A stretch of DNA of 63,624 bases, the filler included, from Octopus bimaculoides (Eukaryota): assembly GCF_001194135.2 (NCBI RefSeq). It is 8 parts of 8 records of this genome, joined end to end, with 100 filler letters (N's around TTAATTAATTAA, not from the genome) between each part and the next. Parts side by side here need not be neighbours in the genome. Positions count along the whole stretch, not along the records: positions 41,851 to 57,222 come from NC_068985.1; positions 57,323 to 60,264 come from NC_068988.1; positions 60,365 to 63,624 come from NW_026356908.1; 5 more parts are not named here. One strand, given 5' to 3'. The first letter of the stretch is position 1. Each line of letters opens with the position of its first letter. Shown here piece by piece: positions 51,707 to 63,624 of the stretch. The translations under genes and the position numbers were made by a program. The notes below the pieces were generated by a model that had not been told where the DNA came from, searched no databases, and was given only the letters and a program-made list of their open reading frames with translations.

Positions 51707-52140
51707 GTCAGTGTCCTGCATATCACAGGCCTTTAATGAGGACTTGACACAATCCTTAAATCGCAGCCTTGGTTTCTGCCGGAGTCTCCTTCCATTCACA
51801 AGTTCTCCATATAGCATCTGCTTATGCAGGACACTGACTGGGAGAACAATGTCTGTCATCGCCACAGATGGAGGAAGCAGGTTAAGGAGGGGATCGACAC
51901 TTTTGAGAGAGCACGTATACAGCATGAAGAACTTAAGCGTGCTGCACGAAAGTGCACGGCTCGTATAGTGAATGGGGAAAGCTTGGTCTGCAATGTTTGC
52001 AGTCGTGTATGCTTGTCAATAGCAGGGCTTAGCCACCAACGGAGCCGCAAATGCAAAATATAAGTTAGTCATAGAGTGCACAATCTTCCTGAAGGTCGGC
52101 AATGGTCTTCTTCGGTCACGAGTGGACGGCCATCATCATC
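51707..52140 (+). mobile_element. RTE-clade LINE 3' end with an inverted 5' segment, inserted in (TATG)n
   Basis: Minus 51823-51707 reads KQMLYGELVNGRRLRQKPRLRFKDCVKSSLKACDMQDTD. Plus from 51824 continues MQDTDWENNVCHRHRWRKQVKEG...CNVCSRVC (zinc-finger-like) to a (CAT)n tail at ~52132-52140. Confidence 0.85.
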
Positions 52141-52539
52141 ATGTATGTTTGTATGTTTATATGTATGTATGCATATATGAATGTATGTATGTATGTATGT
52201 ATGCAGATATATCATTGGAGCCATTGGAATAATTTCTACAATGAAGAGTCTGAGACTTAAAATTTCAGGCGTGCGAGCCGAAATTGTAGCTTTAATAATG
52301 TTTTGTATCAATGCTATACTGTACTGCTAACTATGATATTTATAGACATTTAATCGTCCTTGTATGTAATACCTTGTTTCCATACCTTATGAAGAGAAGA
52401 AGAGAGTCCAGTATCTGTATTTCTCGAAAGATTGTGTGTTTTTGCTTTCATCTTTAGACAGAATCACTGTTATAATTTAATTGATTTAAGAAGACAAGTT
52501 TGATCAATGTATATATATATATGTGTGTGCATATGTTTG

Positions 52540-52745
52540 TGTGTCTATGTTTGTCCCCACGACATCGCTTGACAACTGATAGTTATGTGTTTATGTCCTC
52601 GTAACTTAGCTGTTCGGCAAAAGAGACCGATAGAATAAGTACTAGGCTTCCAAAGAATAAGTCCCGGGGTCGATTTGCTCGACGAAAGGCGGTGCTCCAG
52701 CATGGCCGCAGTCAAAATGACTGAAACATGTAAAAGAGAAAGAGA
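52540..52745 (+). mobile_element. OK-like SINE, 3' half
   Basis: catcgcttgacaac...gatagaataagtactaggctt...ggcggtgctccagcatggccgcagtcaaaatgactgaaac. Confidence 0.8.
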
Positions 52746-52978
52746 GAGATACACTGAGTATACAGTAAGGAAGAACCAAATTTTATTGTGTTTGCAACGA
52801 GTAACCTGCATATTAAAAGTTGATTAAATGTGATAAAAGATTATTCCGGATCAAATTCTGTTCTTTGGGTTTGCGAGAAATGAAAGGTAACAGAAAAGGA
52901 TTTTCGCAACTGAAAGCGAAAATGAAGGGAATCTTAACTGGGGGCATAATTCCCCATGATAGGAGGGATGCCCTTTTG

Positions 52979-53016
<38 letters not shown>

Positions 53017-53202
53017 NNNNNNNNNNNNNNNNNNNNNNNNNNNNNNNNNNNNNNNNNNNNNNNNNNNNNNNNNNNNNNNNNNNNNNNNNNNNNNNNNNNN
53101 NNNNNNNNNNNNNNNNNNNNNNNNNNNNNNNNNNNNNNNNNNNNNNNNNNNNNNNNNNNNNNNNNNNNNNNNNNNNNNNNNNCCCTCTCTCTCTCTCTCT
53201 CT

Positions 53203-53246
<44 letters not shown>

Positions 53247-53929
53247 GAGTCTCTTTCTCCTCTCTCTTCTAGGATATATCCAACTCATTGTGTGGTAATA
53301 ACTAGCGCAGTATTAGTAAAATATAGAAATAATAAGACTGACATTTGAAAACAAAACAGCAACAGTGACAACTGCAACATTTCTAGATGTGGCGCCATAT
53401 CAGTTTAATTAGGTTTTGTACTGTGTTTATTCCTATCCGTATTATTGTCTCCATTTTTGTACAGTTTAAAATAAGCAGAAGTGTCTGTGTGTATTGAGTG
53501 ACATTTCAACTTTGTGTCTAAACGTTTGTTAATTAATTAAAGCTGTTTGTTGTAATAAAATAAAGTTCAACTTACCCCAGTCCCTACGGTTAATTTAAAA
53601 TCATATATATCTAGGCATTGTAACAGGATAACAAACAAATTATAGACGCTTTGTTTGGAAAGAAACGTTTATTAAAACCTTTTCTTTTGTGGAGAAATAA
53701 GAGAACATGTTAGCGTGAGCTAGATGTCGTGTTATCACAACTCGTTAGTTACATGTGTCTATTTGGCATTCATTGTGTAACCAACGGAGATAGACACGTT
53801 CATCTCTTCTATATGCCGCATAATTAATACAAAAAATAGATATATAATTATTTTTAAATGGAGACAGACCTTAATAAATTATAATTATCTTAAACTTTTG
53901 TGCATTCTTTTATTCTTTTATTCTTTTAT

Positions 53930-54334
53930 TCTTTTACTAGTTTCAGTCATTTCACTGCGGCCATGCTGCAGTATCGGCTTTAGTCGAACAATTCTACCCC
54001 ACGGTCTCTTTTATCGAACCACTATTTTACGGTTACGTAAACGCACCAACATCGGTTGTCAAGCGATGGTGGGGGACATACGCAGACACACATACATACA
54101 CACACGCACACACGCACACATACACACACACACACATACACACACACACACACATATACACATTCATATAGGACGGGTTTCTTTCAATTTCCCTCTACTA
54201 AATTCACTCACAAATCTTTGGTCGGACCGCGGCTATAGTAGAAGGTATTTGCCCAAGGTACCACGCAATGGGACTGAACTTGGAACAATTTGGTTGGGAA
54301 GCAAGCTTTTTACTACACAGCCACGCCTGCGCCT
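53930..54334 (-). mobile_element. OK-like SINE, full length with tRNA-like head
   Basis: Minus strand ggcgcaggcgtggctgtgtagtaa...aagttcagtccc...ggtaccttgggcaaat..., internal (GT)n, tail gcagcatggccgcagtgaaatgactgaaac. Confidence 0.8.
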
Positions 54335-55009
54335 AAAATAAGCGTTCCCATGCCGGGAATCGAACTGAAAAAAAAAAAGGCCGTGAACGTTTCTAGATAG
54401 AGGGCTTATTAGAAGATATAATTCATCTTAAAAACATCTCAATTTATTTTGAAAATTAATATAATTATAGATTATAGATAATTATAGATATTTTGTATCT
54501 TTAATGCACAGTTAATGCAGACGCGCGCGCACGCGGACGTACTTACACAGACTCAAGCAAACAAACAAACACAATATCTCTCTCTCACACACACACCCAC
54601 AGACACACAGACACAATGTACATATATAGTTTGTAGACAGCGATTAGTGATAATCGAAATTTTGTCTACAGCGACTGATTCAAACACCATTTTTGTTCTG
54701 AATTGCTAACAAGTTATGATAATTATTATATTCAACGCATCTATTCAGTCTCTACTGTAGGTATTATAAGTAATTATTCATAACTGCATACGTGCGTGAA
54801 CACACACACATGAAACACATACACACATACGCACATACAAAAGCATATACACACACACACATATGCATGTACACACATGTGTGTGCTTTCTATATAGGAG
54901 TGTAAGTGTGTCTGCATTTATGCTTGTGTGTGTGTGTCCGTGCGCATGTGTCTGTATGTAATATTGGAAAAAATATGAGTATGTTCTAATTTCATCTCGG
55001 TGTTAAATT

Positions 55010-55775
55010 ACAGCAAGGGTGAGCCTACCGGGAGTTTAGAACTCCTGAGGGCATCGCTCTCAGGGGTTAGGTCCACGCAAGCCCACCTACCATAAGGAGC
55101 GACCATCAGAGGGGATTTGGAAAGTTAACCAGACAAGTCTTCAATAATAATGATCTTAACAACGAAAATTATGGTTTATAATGCTGTTGCCATTTCAACC
55201 TTGCTATGTGGCTGCGAAACCTGGACTCTATATCGTCGCGATATTCAGAAATTAGAACGCTTTCACCAACAACAAATTCCTGGAAAGAGTCAACAGTCAA
55301 AATATCGAATCGCTGATCATGAAGCATTGTCCTTGGTGGTCAGGACATGTAGCAAGAATGGGAGAATCAAGGTTCCAACGACAAGTCTTATTCAATGGGC
55401 TCTCTTCAGGAAAAAAAAGACCCCACAGGATTGCCCTCTTCAAAGACACAAGGAACAACTGAAAACAATACTGAAAACCATTGAAATTGAACCTAAATCA
55501 TTTGAAACACAAGCTGAGACTGTACCAAGTGTCGGTGTTCCATCACCAGCGAAAAAAAAAAACACCTTTGAAGCCTCCAGAAGAGAAAAGGAAGAAATCA
55601 AACAACAGGAGAGAAAGGCTAAAAAATATCAACCTCGTCCTCCACCAACATTGCCAAGCAGTCAATGCCATCGACTCTTTTGTGCAAAAATTGGTCTACA
55701 GAGTCTCATTAACGGCATCACCATAAAAGGAGCCTTCAACAAAGAGAAAAGGAAATACTCAGGGACTAGATAAAG
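55010..55775 (+). mobile_element. RTE-clade LINE remnant with internal deletions
   Basis: LTTKIMVYNAVAISTLLCGCETWTLYRRDIQKLERFHQ...KEQLKTILKTIEIEPKSFETQAE...CHRLFCAKIGLQS. Confidence 0.8.
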
Positions 55776-56116
55776 CCAACGAAATTACAACAATTTTCCA
55801 CCGGCTCCGTTCTGTTAAGCAATCAACACCATAAACTTCACATATTTCTTTGTGAGCCTCAGCAGCTTTCTTGCCTTTACGGAAATAAAAAAGCAAAACG
55901 TGGCGAAAATGTCCGTTTTTGCACTCCATGTTAAAATTGACACTGAACTAACAGCTCTAAACAAAATGACGCGTAATTTGCTTCTAAAGTAAAATAAAAG
56001 TAACGGCTATCAAATATCAAAAGGAAAAAAATCATAACATTGACAAAGGTCATTCAAAAGAATCGTAACTCTATATATTTGCGAAAAACCAAATTACTTT
56101 CTTGCCAACCCAATAT

Positions 56117-56232
56117 CATCATCATCATCATCATCATCGTGGTCGTTTAACGTCCGCTTTCCATGCTAGCATGGGTTGGACGATTTAACTGAGGACTGGT
56201 GAAACCAGATGGCTACACCAGGCTAAGAGGCT
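56117..56232 (-). mobile_element. RTE-type 3' end with (GAT)n tail; partial second copy at 63583-63624
   Basis: catcatcatc..gtttaacgtccgctttccatgctag is nearly identical at both sites. Confidence 0.7.
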
Positions 56233-56599
56233 CCATTATACAAAACTATATCCACTTTCAAGACACCGGAAAAAATCACTTTCAACTGTATATCGAAATG
56301 TCACCAACAGTTCTCTATTTTAGTGACAACAGATTGTATATTGTAGGTATGCAAGTACGTCAGCACGTTCGTCCGATTTGACGTTTTGCAATAACAATAA
56401 AACAGTTTTATTTTGTACATGCCTACATACACGTATGTACGTACATACACTGGGGTCAATTCATTCGACTAAAAAAAGTTCTACAAGGTGGTGCCCCAGC
56501 ATGGCCATATTCTAATGACTGAAATAGGTAAAAGATAAAAGATACATACATTCATAGATAATTACATGCCTATATATGTATTATATATATGCATATGCT

Positions 56600-57125
56600 T
56601 GTGCTCCACTGAACTAGGGGGACGTAAACACGCCAAAATCGGTTGTCAAGCGATGGTGGTGGTGGTGGGGACAAAAACAGACACAAATAACACATACAGA
56701 CATATATATATATATATANNNNNNNNNNNNNNNNNNNNNNNNNNNATATATACAAATATATATACGACGGGCTTCTTTCAGTTTCCACCTACCAAATCCT
56801 CTCGCAAGGCTTTGGTCGGCTCGAGGCTATAGTAGAAGACACTTCCCAAGTAGAAGACACTTCCCAAGTAGAAGACACTTCCCAAGTAGAAGACACTTCC
56901 CATGTGGTTGGGAAGCAAGCTTCTCAACACACTTATTTTTTGTAATCCTAGTATTTATTCTATCGGAATCTGTTGCCAAACCGCTAAGTTACGGGGACGT
57001 AAACGCATTACCATCGGTTGTCAAGCGATGGTGGTGAGACAAGCACACAAACACACACACACACACATATACGACAGGCTTCTTTTAGTTTCCGTCTCCC
57101 AAATCCTCTCACAAAGCTTTGGTGA
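56600..57125 (-). mobile_element. Two adjacent OK-like SINE copies (~56600-56925 and ~56940-57125)
   Basis: The block ggggacgtaaac...cggttgtcaagcgatgg...acgacgggcttctttcagtttcc occurs twice. Confidence 0.75.
56831..56902. repeat. Perfect 18-bp tandem repeat x4 (agtagaagacacttccca)
   Basis: Four identical units inside the SINE. Confidence 0.95.
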
Positions 57126-57129
57126 TAGA

Positions 57130-57221
<92 letters not shown>

Positions 57222-57322
57222 TNNNNNNNNNNNNNNNNNNNNNNNNNNNNNNNNNNNNNNNNNNNNTTAATTAATTAANNNNNNNNNNNNNNNNNNNNNN
57301 NNNNNNNNNNNNNNNNNNNNNN

Positions 57323-60264
57323 AAACAGACAAAATAATAATGGTCCCGTCTTACCTCGGAAAGCGGGTAACCAAAATAAAAGTAAAAGACATTCCCCCTG
57401 AAATACAACCGTCGTGGGTGGTCTCTGCAATTTTGCATGGACATAAACAAAAAATGAACATTATAGATATCACCGTTTTCGAAGAAGACAATTGGCTCGG
57501 GAAAAGCATTGAGCCTTTGGCGCAAATCGAACCCTCCATAATCGAAGCCATTACGGACAGCATTGAGCTGGCTAATGGCACCAATTTGCACGTAGTCGTG
57601 GAGGGCCGACGTCTCCGATGTTTCTTGTGCTGAGGCAAAAACCATTTTAGGGCTTCTTGTCCAAGCACGGCCAAACATCAACCACCACAGGAACAAGAGC
57701 AGCAACGACAACCACAACAACGACAACCACAACAACAACCACAACAACAACAGCATGAACAGCGAGAGCAACAACAACAATCGCCAAATACCACCAAGCC
57801 TGGACTTCTACCAACACCAAAGACAGACAAAGAGCATCAAAATACACCAACAACAAACCATTCGAAAAGAACAGCATCACCACAACCGCTGCCACCATCA
57901 ACAACACCGTCAAAAAAGACAACGGACACTTTGCCTGCAATAACAAAGAATAAACAAACAGCAAAGAACAATAAAGAAAATACACACAACCACACACCCC
58001 CAACCAAAAATGAACCCAACAATCCCCAAACAGCACCAGATAAATCTGCAGCAACAACAGACACACAACTGGAGTCCCTAAACATTCCTCCACCACCTTC
58101 CGATAACCCCGATTCAGCTGATATCTCCTTGGCTGAGAAAAGTGACAGCAAAACGGAGGGGTTTGTGAGGGCAAATGGAGGAAGAAGAAAAAGAATTACA
58201 AAAAGCATAGGATCCCCTCCAAAAAAAGCCGGGAGATAATATTCATGGACCCAGAAGGAAGAGTCGTGGTTTTGGACGTGAACGGCAGAAATGGGTGTGC
58301 TTTTCGTTTGATAGCGGTCTATGCACCGTCCTTAACGAGTAGGTCGGATTTCTTCCGTCGTCTAGAAGTGTTTCTGGGAACGTCTCGACCTTTACTGTTA
58401 GTAGGGATTGGAACGCAATCTTAGACACGCACATAGACTACGTGGGCTTAGATAGCTCTAGAAGGAGGTGCAAAAGCCTCAAAGACCTGATCAGACGTTT
58501 CCAACTGTCTGATAGGTACTGACTGGACAACCCGAATGTGCCAATGTGGACTTGGACTAACCGCAGCGGGTCGTGCAGATCGTATCTAGATAGGATATTC
58601 TGTAGAACTGTAGATAGGGATAGCGTTAGTTGTCCACAGTTCAAAATAGTCAGCTACTCGGATCACAAATTTGTGTCGTGTACACTTGACTTAGATAGGT
58701 TCCATAGACAGGGTCCCGGTTACTGGAAACTGAACGCGTCGTTCCCGACGCGAAAGGTTTACAGGGACCGGATTAGCACGTTAGTTAAGAGATGGTGGTT
58801 TTCCCTGAAACGGGCAATTAAGACAGAATCGATAAGATATAGCAAAGCACTAGCGTTAGACCGGAATAGAGTAGAGGGAGAGCTAGTCAGGAAATTAGAC
58901 GAGGCACTTAGGAGTGGCATCGCGACTAACGTGTTAACGGCGAGATTGGCCCTCAACCCACATCTCAATGTCAAGCACGAAGGTTGCGTTGTCAGAGCTA
59001 GGATGCGTGCTCTTAGGAACGAGGGACTCGAAGCGACTAGGGAAGCTCGGGCGGCAGAAGCACAACGCGGCAACCGGGTCACTATCCGGTCTCTGACCGA
59101 TCGACGGGGGCAGAATTTACTTGAGCCAGAGAAGATGTGCGAGGCCTTTCAGCAGCACTTTTCCCGACTGTTCGGGGCAGCTGATGGTGAGGACGAACGT
59201 TAGGTGGACTTCAGTGCCTACCTGCACGCCCTGCCACGGCTGTCGGCGGGCGAGGCACAGTGTTGCGAAAGACCCATCACGGCTGCGGACGTACGGGACG
59301 CGATGGTGGGCTGTGCAAGAGACAGGTCGTCTGGTTTGGATGGTCTGCCCTACAAATTTTATTGTCATATGCCGGACTTGTTTGGGGACGTTTTGGCAAG
59401 TGTGTACTGCAACTGGCAGCAAAACGGGAGCATTCCCGGTTTTGTGAGCCGAGGTGCGGTAACACTGCTAAAGAAAGACCCAAACAAGGGGGACGTCTTA
59501 GATAACTTCAGGCCCATCACTCTGCTTAACGCAGATTTGAAAATTTTGGCCAAGGTGCTAGCCGATAGGTTGGCGCTTGTCATCGGCAAACTGGTCGACA
59601 CGGCACAGACGTGCGGCGTGCCGGGCAGAAGCATCCATGACAACCTCTACCTAATACGCTACATCATGGACAGGGTAGTTAAGGAACCCGGCATGGGTGG
59701 GGCGTTGATCAATTTAGATCAAAGTAAGGCATTCGATAGGGTAGACCATCGCGACTTAGCGGCTGTTCTCAGAGCAGCTGGTTTCGGTCCAGTCTTCCGC
59801 GGTTGGATCGCTGCAATGTACAGCGTCATCCGATCTGTGGTGAGGGTGAACGGCCACCTGTCAAAACTCTTTGACATAACGCGTTCGGTTAGACAGGGCT
59901 GTCCACTGTCGTCACTTCTGTACGTGCTCACTCTCGAGCCACTACTGCGGAAGCTGGCGACTTTGAGGGGCATCCCGCGAGAACTGGGTTGTGGGCGGAG
60001 CGTGTCTGCGTACGCGGACGACGTCACCGTCATAGTGTCGAGCGAACAGCATATCGAGCTGGTCGGCGAGACACTACGTGAATACGAAGCGGTGACGGGA
60101 GCAAAAATTAACCCGGAGAAGTCGGTGGGTTTGCGTCTCGGCACCTGGAGAGACAAGCCCATGCCGTCGTCCACCGTCGTGGGACGCTGGACCGACGTAC
60201 CGGTTAAGTTGCTCGGGGTCTGGTTCGGGCCGGACCTCCAAATGGAGAAGAACTAGGACGAGAT
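57323..60264 (+). mobile_element. Tx1/L1-clade LINE, ORF1 (zinc knuckle) and ORF2 (APE + RT), inactivated, cut by gaps at both ends
   Basis: ORF1 VVEGRRLRCFLC*GKNHFRASCP. APE DPEGRVVVLD..LIAVYAP..LVG/DWNA..SYLDRIF..SDHK. RT NFRPITLLNADLKILAK, LDQSKAFDRV, VRQGCPLS, SAYADDV. Stops at 59201-59203 and 60254-60256, and a frameshift near 58405. Confidence 0.95.
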
Positions 60265-60364
60265 NNNNNNNNNNNNNNNNNNNNNNNNNNNNNNNNNNNN
60301 NNNNNNNNTTAATTAATTAANNNNNNNNNNNNNNNNNNNNNNNNNNNNNNNNNNNNNNNNNNNN

Positions 60365-60395
<31 letters not shown>

Positions 60396-60544
60396 CTATG
60401 TATATATATATATACATGTATAGGGATACATTTGTGCAGATATATATATGCATGTATGTATGCCTGTATATATGTGAGAGTATAGTTTCACTGTAGTAGT
60501 CTCAGTATGAAAATGAAACCATTAAAGTGAAAGTATCTTTCACT

Positions 60545-63541
60545 TTATTCCTGAGGGAATAAAATGATGTAAAACAATGTAATCATCTCATCAGGGAAAA
60601 AAGAAAAACAAAACACATCAAGAAGCTATTTTAACCGAATGAGATTACCATGTATATGATGAATGGAATGCTGGCAGGTTACTTTAAAAAACTGTTAATA
60701 GATTTAAGGTCAAAGGCAATTTAGAGAAAATTCAGAGTGGAGAAATATAGTGCAATAGATGAGTGGAAATAATGAGTGCAATAGATGAGTGGAAATAAAG
60801 CTTAAAGGCATGTAAATAGATATACATAGTGGAAATGAAATGTAAGAAGACAGTCAAAAGTTAAATTTTATAGATTGGTAGAAACTACTTATAGGAGCTA
60901 GAGGTATGTTTTTACCGATGTTTGCAATGATAAACGCGTTCTTTAAAGGTGCTTGCAAGAAAATTCTCCGAGAACAAAATGAGATACTGTTATTTGGTAC
61001 AGAGCAGACAAAATGATTTACCTTTATCATATGGAAAAGATCTACATAGTATATTCCATTCCAGACCAAATTGCTTATTATGTTCTTTTAAGAGACCAAA
61101 TTAATTTACTAAGCCCAGTATTGTTGTGTTTATTGATATATCTAAGTGCAGAGTAATGGTTAGATATTCTTTTGGACAAGTGAAATGAAGAACTACTTAT
61201 GTAAAAAAAAGACATTAGAACCGGAAGTAATTTTACATTGATAAACAGAGTTTCTAGTCTAAGAATTACTGCTTAGGAAACGCATGTGATTCGAATTTAT
61301 ATCAGAAATACTAATATTGTTATTATTGTTCAAAGAATGGTTAGTGTTAATAATATCGATGTTATTATTTTCATTAAGTGGATTTGTATTTAACAACCTA
61401 TTGTTATGCAAAGAGTTGATTTGTGAAAGGTTTTTGGTGTTTGAAAACCCTATCCTAATTCTGATAATTGATAATGGAATAGCATCTTGAATTTTGGGGG
61501 AAATTCTTATCTATAGCTTCACAAAACTGGTAAGGGAGGTTGGATTTGATCAACCAAACAGTTTTACTAGGACACACCTTATTATTAGGGTAATTATCTG
61601 TAAAGGTCCTAGATTTACCTTCACAACAAAAAAAAAAAGTTCTTCAAGAGCGATTATCTCCCTTACACTGCAAAACTACATTTTTCGATTTAGTGTTGTT
61701 ATTCAAACTAAAATTTATATTTTTATTACAGTTATGACGTGTTTTCATGTCCTGATTAATAGTGGTAGAATTAATGTCAGAAGGGTTAATATAGGTAATT
61801 TTTACCATATAACTCTGCCTTACTTTAAGTAAGGCAGAGTTATGAAATTCGGCTTTATTGTTGAAGATATCAACATTGGTAGATAATCTAGAAAGTTTAA
61901 GTGAAATATTTCTAACTAAATTCCTTGTAATAGCCTTTGAATGACTGCTGAAAGAGCTAATATATTTTAAATTAGTTGAGGGTTTATGGTATAGAAAATA
62001 TGAATCATTATATAAGTTAAGGGTAATACCCAAAAAGTTAACTTTAGTTATATCATCATCAAAAACAATGCTTAAGCCCATGTTTCGGAAAAATTTAACC
62101 AACCTGTTTTTAACTCTTTGTAATTTTTAGTTAGAAACACTTTGAAGGTAGAGTAGACAATCGTCATAATATAGACCTCCATTGATGTTTGGGAATTGGT
62201 CAGCCATCTGTGCTGAGTCAGAACTTCCCATTGTAACATCGAAACTGTCAGGTGTATCTTTACGGAACCACAGCTTGTTTTCAAATTTAATGATTGATTT
62301 TCTGGTGGCTAACACCACATTAATCTCATCCCTGGTGAGACTTGCTTTGTTGTCTGCAAACCAGAGTGCCTTGTTAAGTACAATTGATTTAATAGAAGAC
62401 TAGTAACTTGAAATGTTGAACTGGATAAACTTAGTACACTTCTTGTTATTAAACCAGTCGACCACTCGGAACAAATTAGACCATAAATTAAGCTCTAATT
62501 TTTTACCTAAAGTAAGAATATATTTATCTAGAATATTTTTGCTAAGTACCCTGATATCAGAGCTAGAATGACAAATAAGTCATAAGGTTGGGTTATTAAA
62601 AAAATTTGGTTTGTGATCTTTTAAAATAAAACGAGGTTGTTTGGGATCACGAGGTTCAGTATTCATCTCTAAGTCATATTTCCCCATAGTTTTCTTAGCC
62701 TCAAGGTTGGCTTTTCTGATAGCACTTTTACCAGTAATCCTATAATTCTTTTGTATTTCTTTTCTAAGCGATTCTATGTAGTAATCCTTGATAAGTATGG
62801 ATAAGTTTCCTGTTTTATCCGATTGAACCAGTATCACATCACTGTTATGAATTTCTTTGATGATATTGTGAAGATACCTCAGATGTTTATTTCTTAAGGG
62901 TGAACAATGAAATTTCACATTCCTCACAAGAGACCAGAGATCGTCCTCAAAATGTTTTAATCTTGGGTTAGGTGGATGATTATTTTTAGATTTAAACAAT
63001 TTCTTGAATTCAGAAGTTAGATCGTTAGAAGGTTGTTTAATGTCTTCATTGTCGAAGAAGAAACCAAGCCATCTTTGTTTAAGGAAAAATTTCCTTCAAG
63101 GAATGGGTATATCCTGAAGAGATGCGTTTATATCAAATAACTCCATATGTGGTAACTATTTCATTTGCAGGTTATATGGAAACCTGGTTGAAGTGTACAT
63201 AAATGTATGTGTATTTTTTCAATGCGTAAAAATAACATGGAAAAAATAAATAAATAGATACCAGGGTAACAAAAATTCATATGTGTCAAGGACGTTACAG
63301 CCTGCTTATAAAGGTAGAAGTTCCAGGGTTTAGTGAAATGCTTTTGTATCACGTAGACAAATTAAGAAATGGAGTTAAACACAGACGTTGTTCAAATCTT
63401 TATACTTCCGACATATGTTTTGAAGAAAACATTGGTATTATTCCTGAGGGAATAAAATGATGTAAAACAAGGTAATCATCTCGTTAGGGAAAAAAGAGAA
63501 GCAGAACACATAAATGAGCCATTTTAACCGATTGTGATTCC
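60545..63541 (-). mobile_element. Near full-length, decayed Penelope-like element with ~105-bp terminal direct repeats (pseudo-LTRs)
   Basis: Minus frames from ~63150: DIPIP, SDKTGN, LKDHKPNF, KFIQFNI, FDVTMGSSDSAQ, GLYYDD, VNFLGITLNL, then GIY-YIG-like STFKERVYH near 60940. Direct repeats at 60545-60649 and 63438-63541. The motifs recall Naiad/Chlamys-type PLEs (tentative). Confidence 0.85.
63405..63492 (-). ncRNA. Type I hammerhead motif with extended stem II in the 5' pseudo-LTR (two core substitutions)
   Basis: Minus strand tttcc-CTAACGA-G...(~58 nt, includes TTATTCC ctca GGAATAA hairpin)...C-AAAAC-ATAT-GTC/GGAAG. The other repeat copy keeps CTGATGA at 60594-60588. Confidence 0.55.
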
Positions 63542-63624
63542 CTTCATCATATACGGGGTAATCACACTGGAAAAATACACATACATCATCATCATCATCG
63601 TTTAACGTCCGCTTTCCATGCTAG

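Noticed and set aside
56831-56902. CRISPR-like appearance of the short repeats
   Set aside because: No spacers, no cas genes, and a eukaryotic context; it is a simple tandem repeat in a SINE.
60524-60594. Completing the 3' pseudo-LTR hammerhead with the nearby GAAAG and the 10-bp hairpin aaagtgaaag-tat-ctttcacttt
   Set aside because: Stem I cannot form; the repeat homology ends at 60545, so this copy is simply truncated.

Overview
AT-rich, microsatellite-dense eukaryotic scaffold with many N gaps. The repeat families (tRNA-derived SINEs with internal microsatellites, RTE/Tx1/R4-Dong/Penelope-like LINEs, mariner) suggest a coleoid cephalopod such as Octopus; this is an inference from repeat content. 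Nearly all ORF-track entries are microsatellite or gap read-through. The only credible host gene is on the minus strand (51263->45339): a putative signal-peptide exon, then three symmetric phase-1 exons. Each of these encodes a highly diverged Ig-like domain with the same C-x9/10-W-x8/13-C-x17-C-x20/24-C signature. Its 3' end is not identified. The second theme is RNA catalysis: at least five type I hammerhead ribozyme motifs in five different repeat contexts, including one inside a tRNA-headed SINE, one in a 445-bp direct-repeat unit and one in the pseudo-LTR of a ~3-kb Penelope-like element. Other observations are LINEs apparently sitting in clade-specific microsatellites, an RTE insertion with a twin-priming-type 5' inversion, and SINE head/tail modules present in all four combinations. 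All calls were made by eye; no searches were run.
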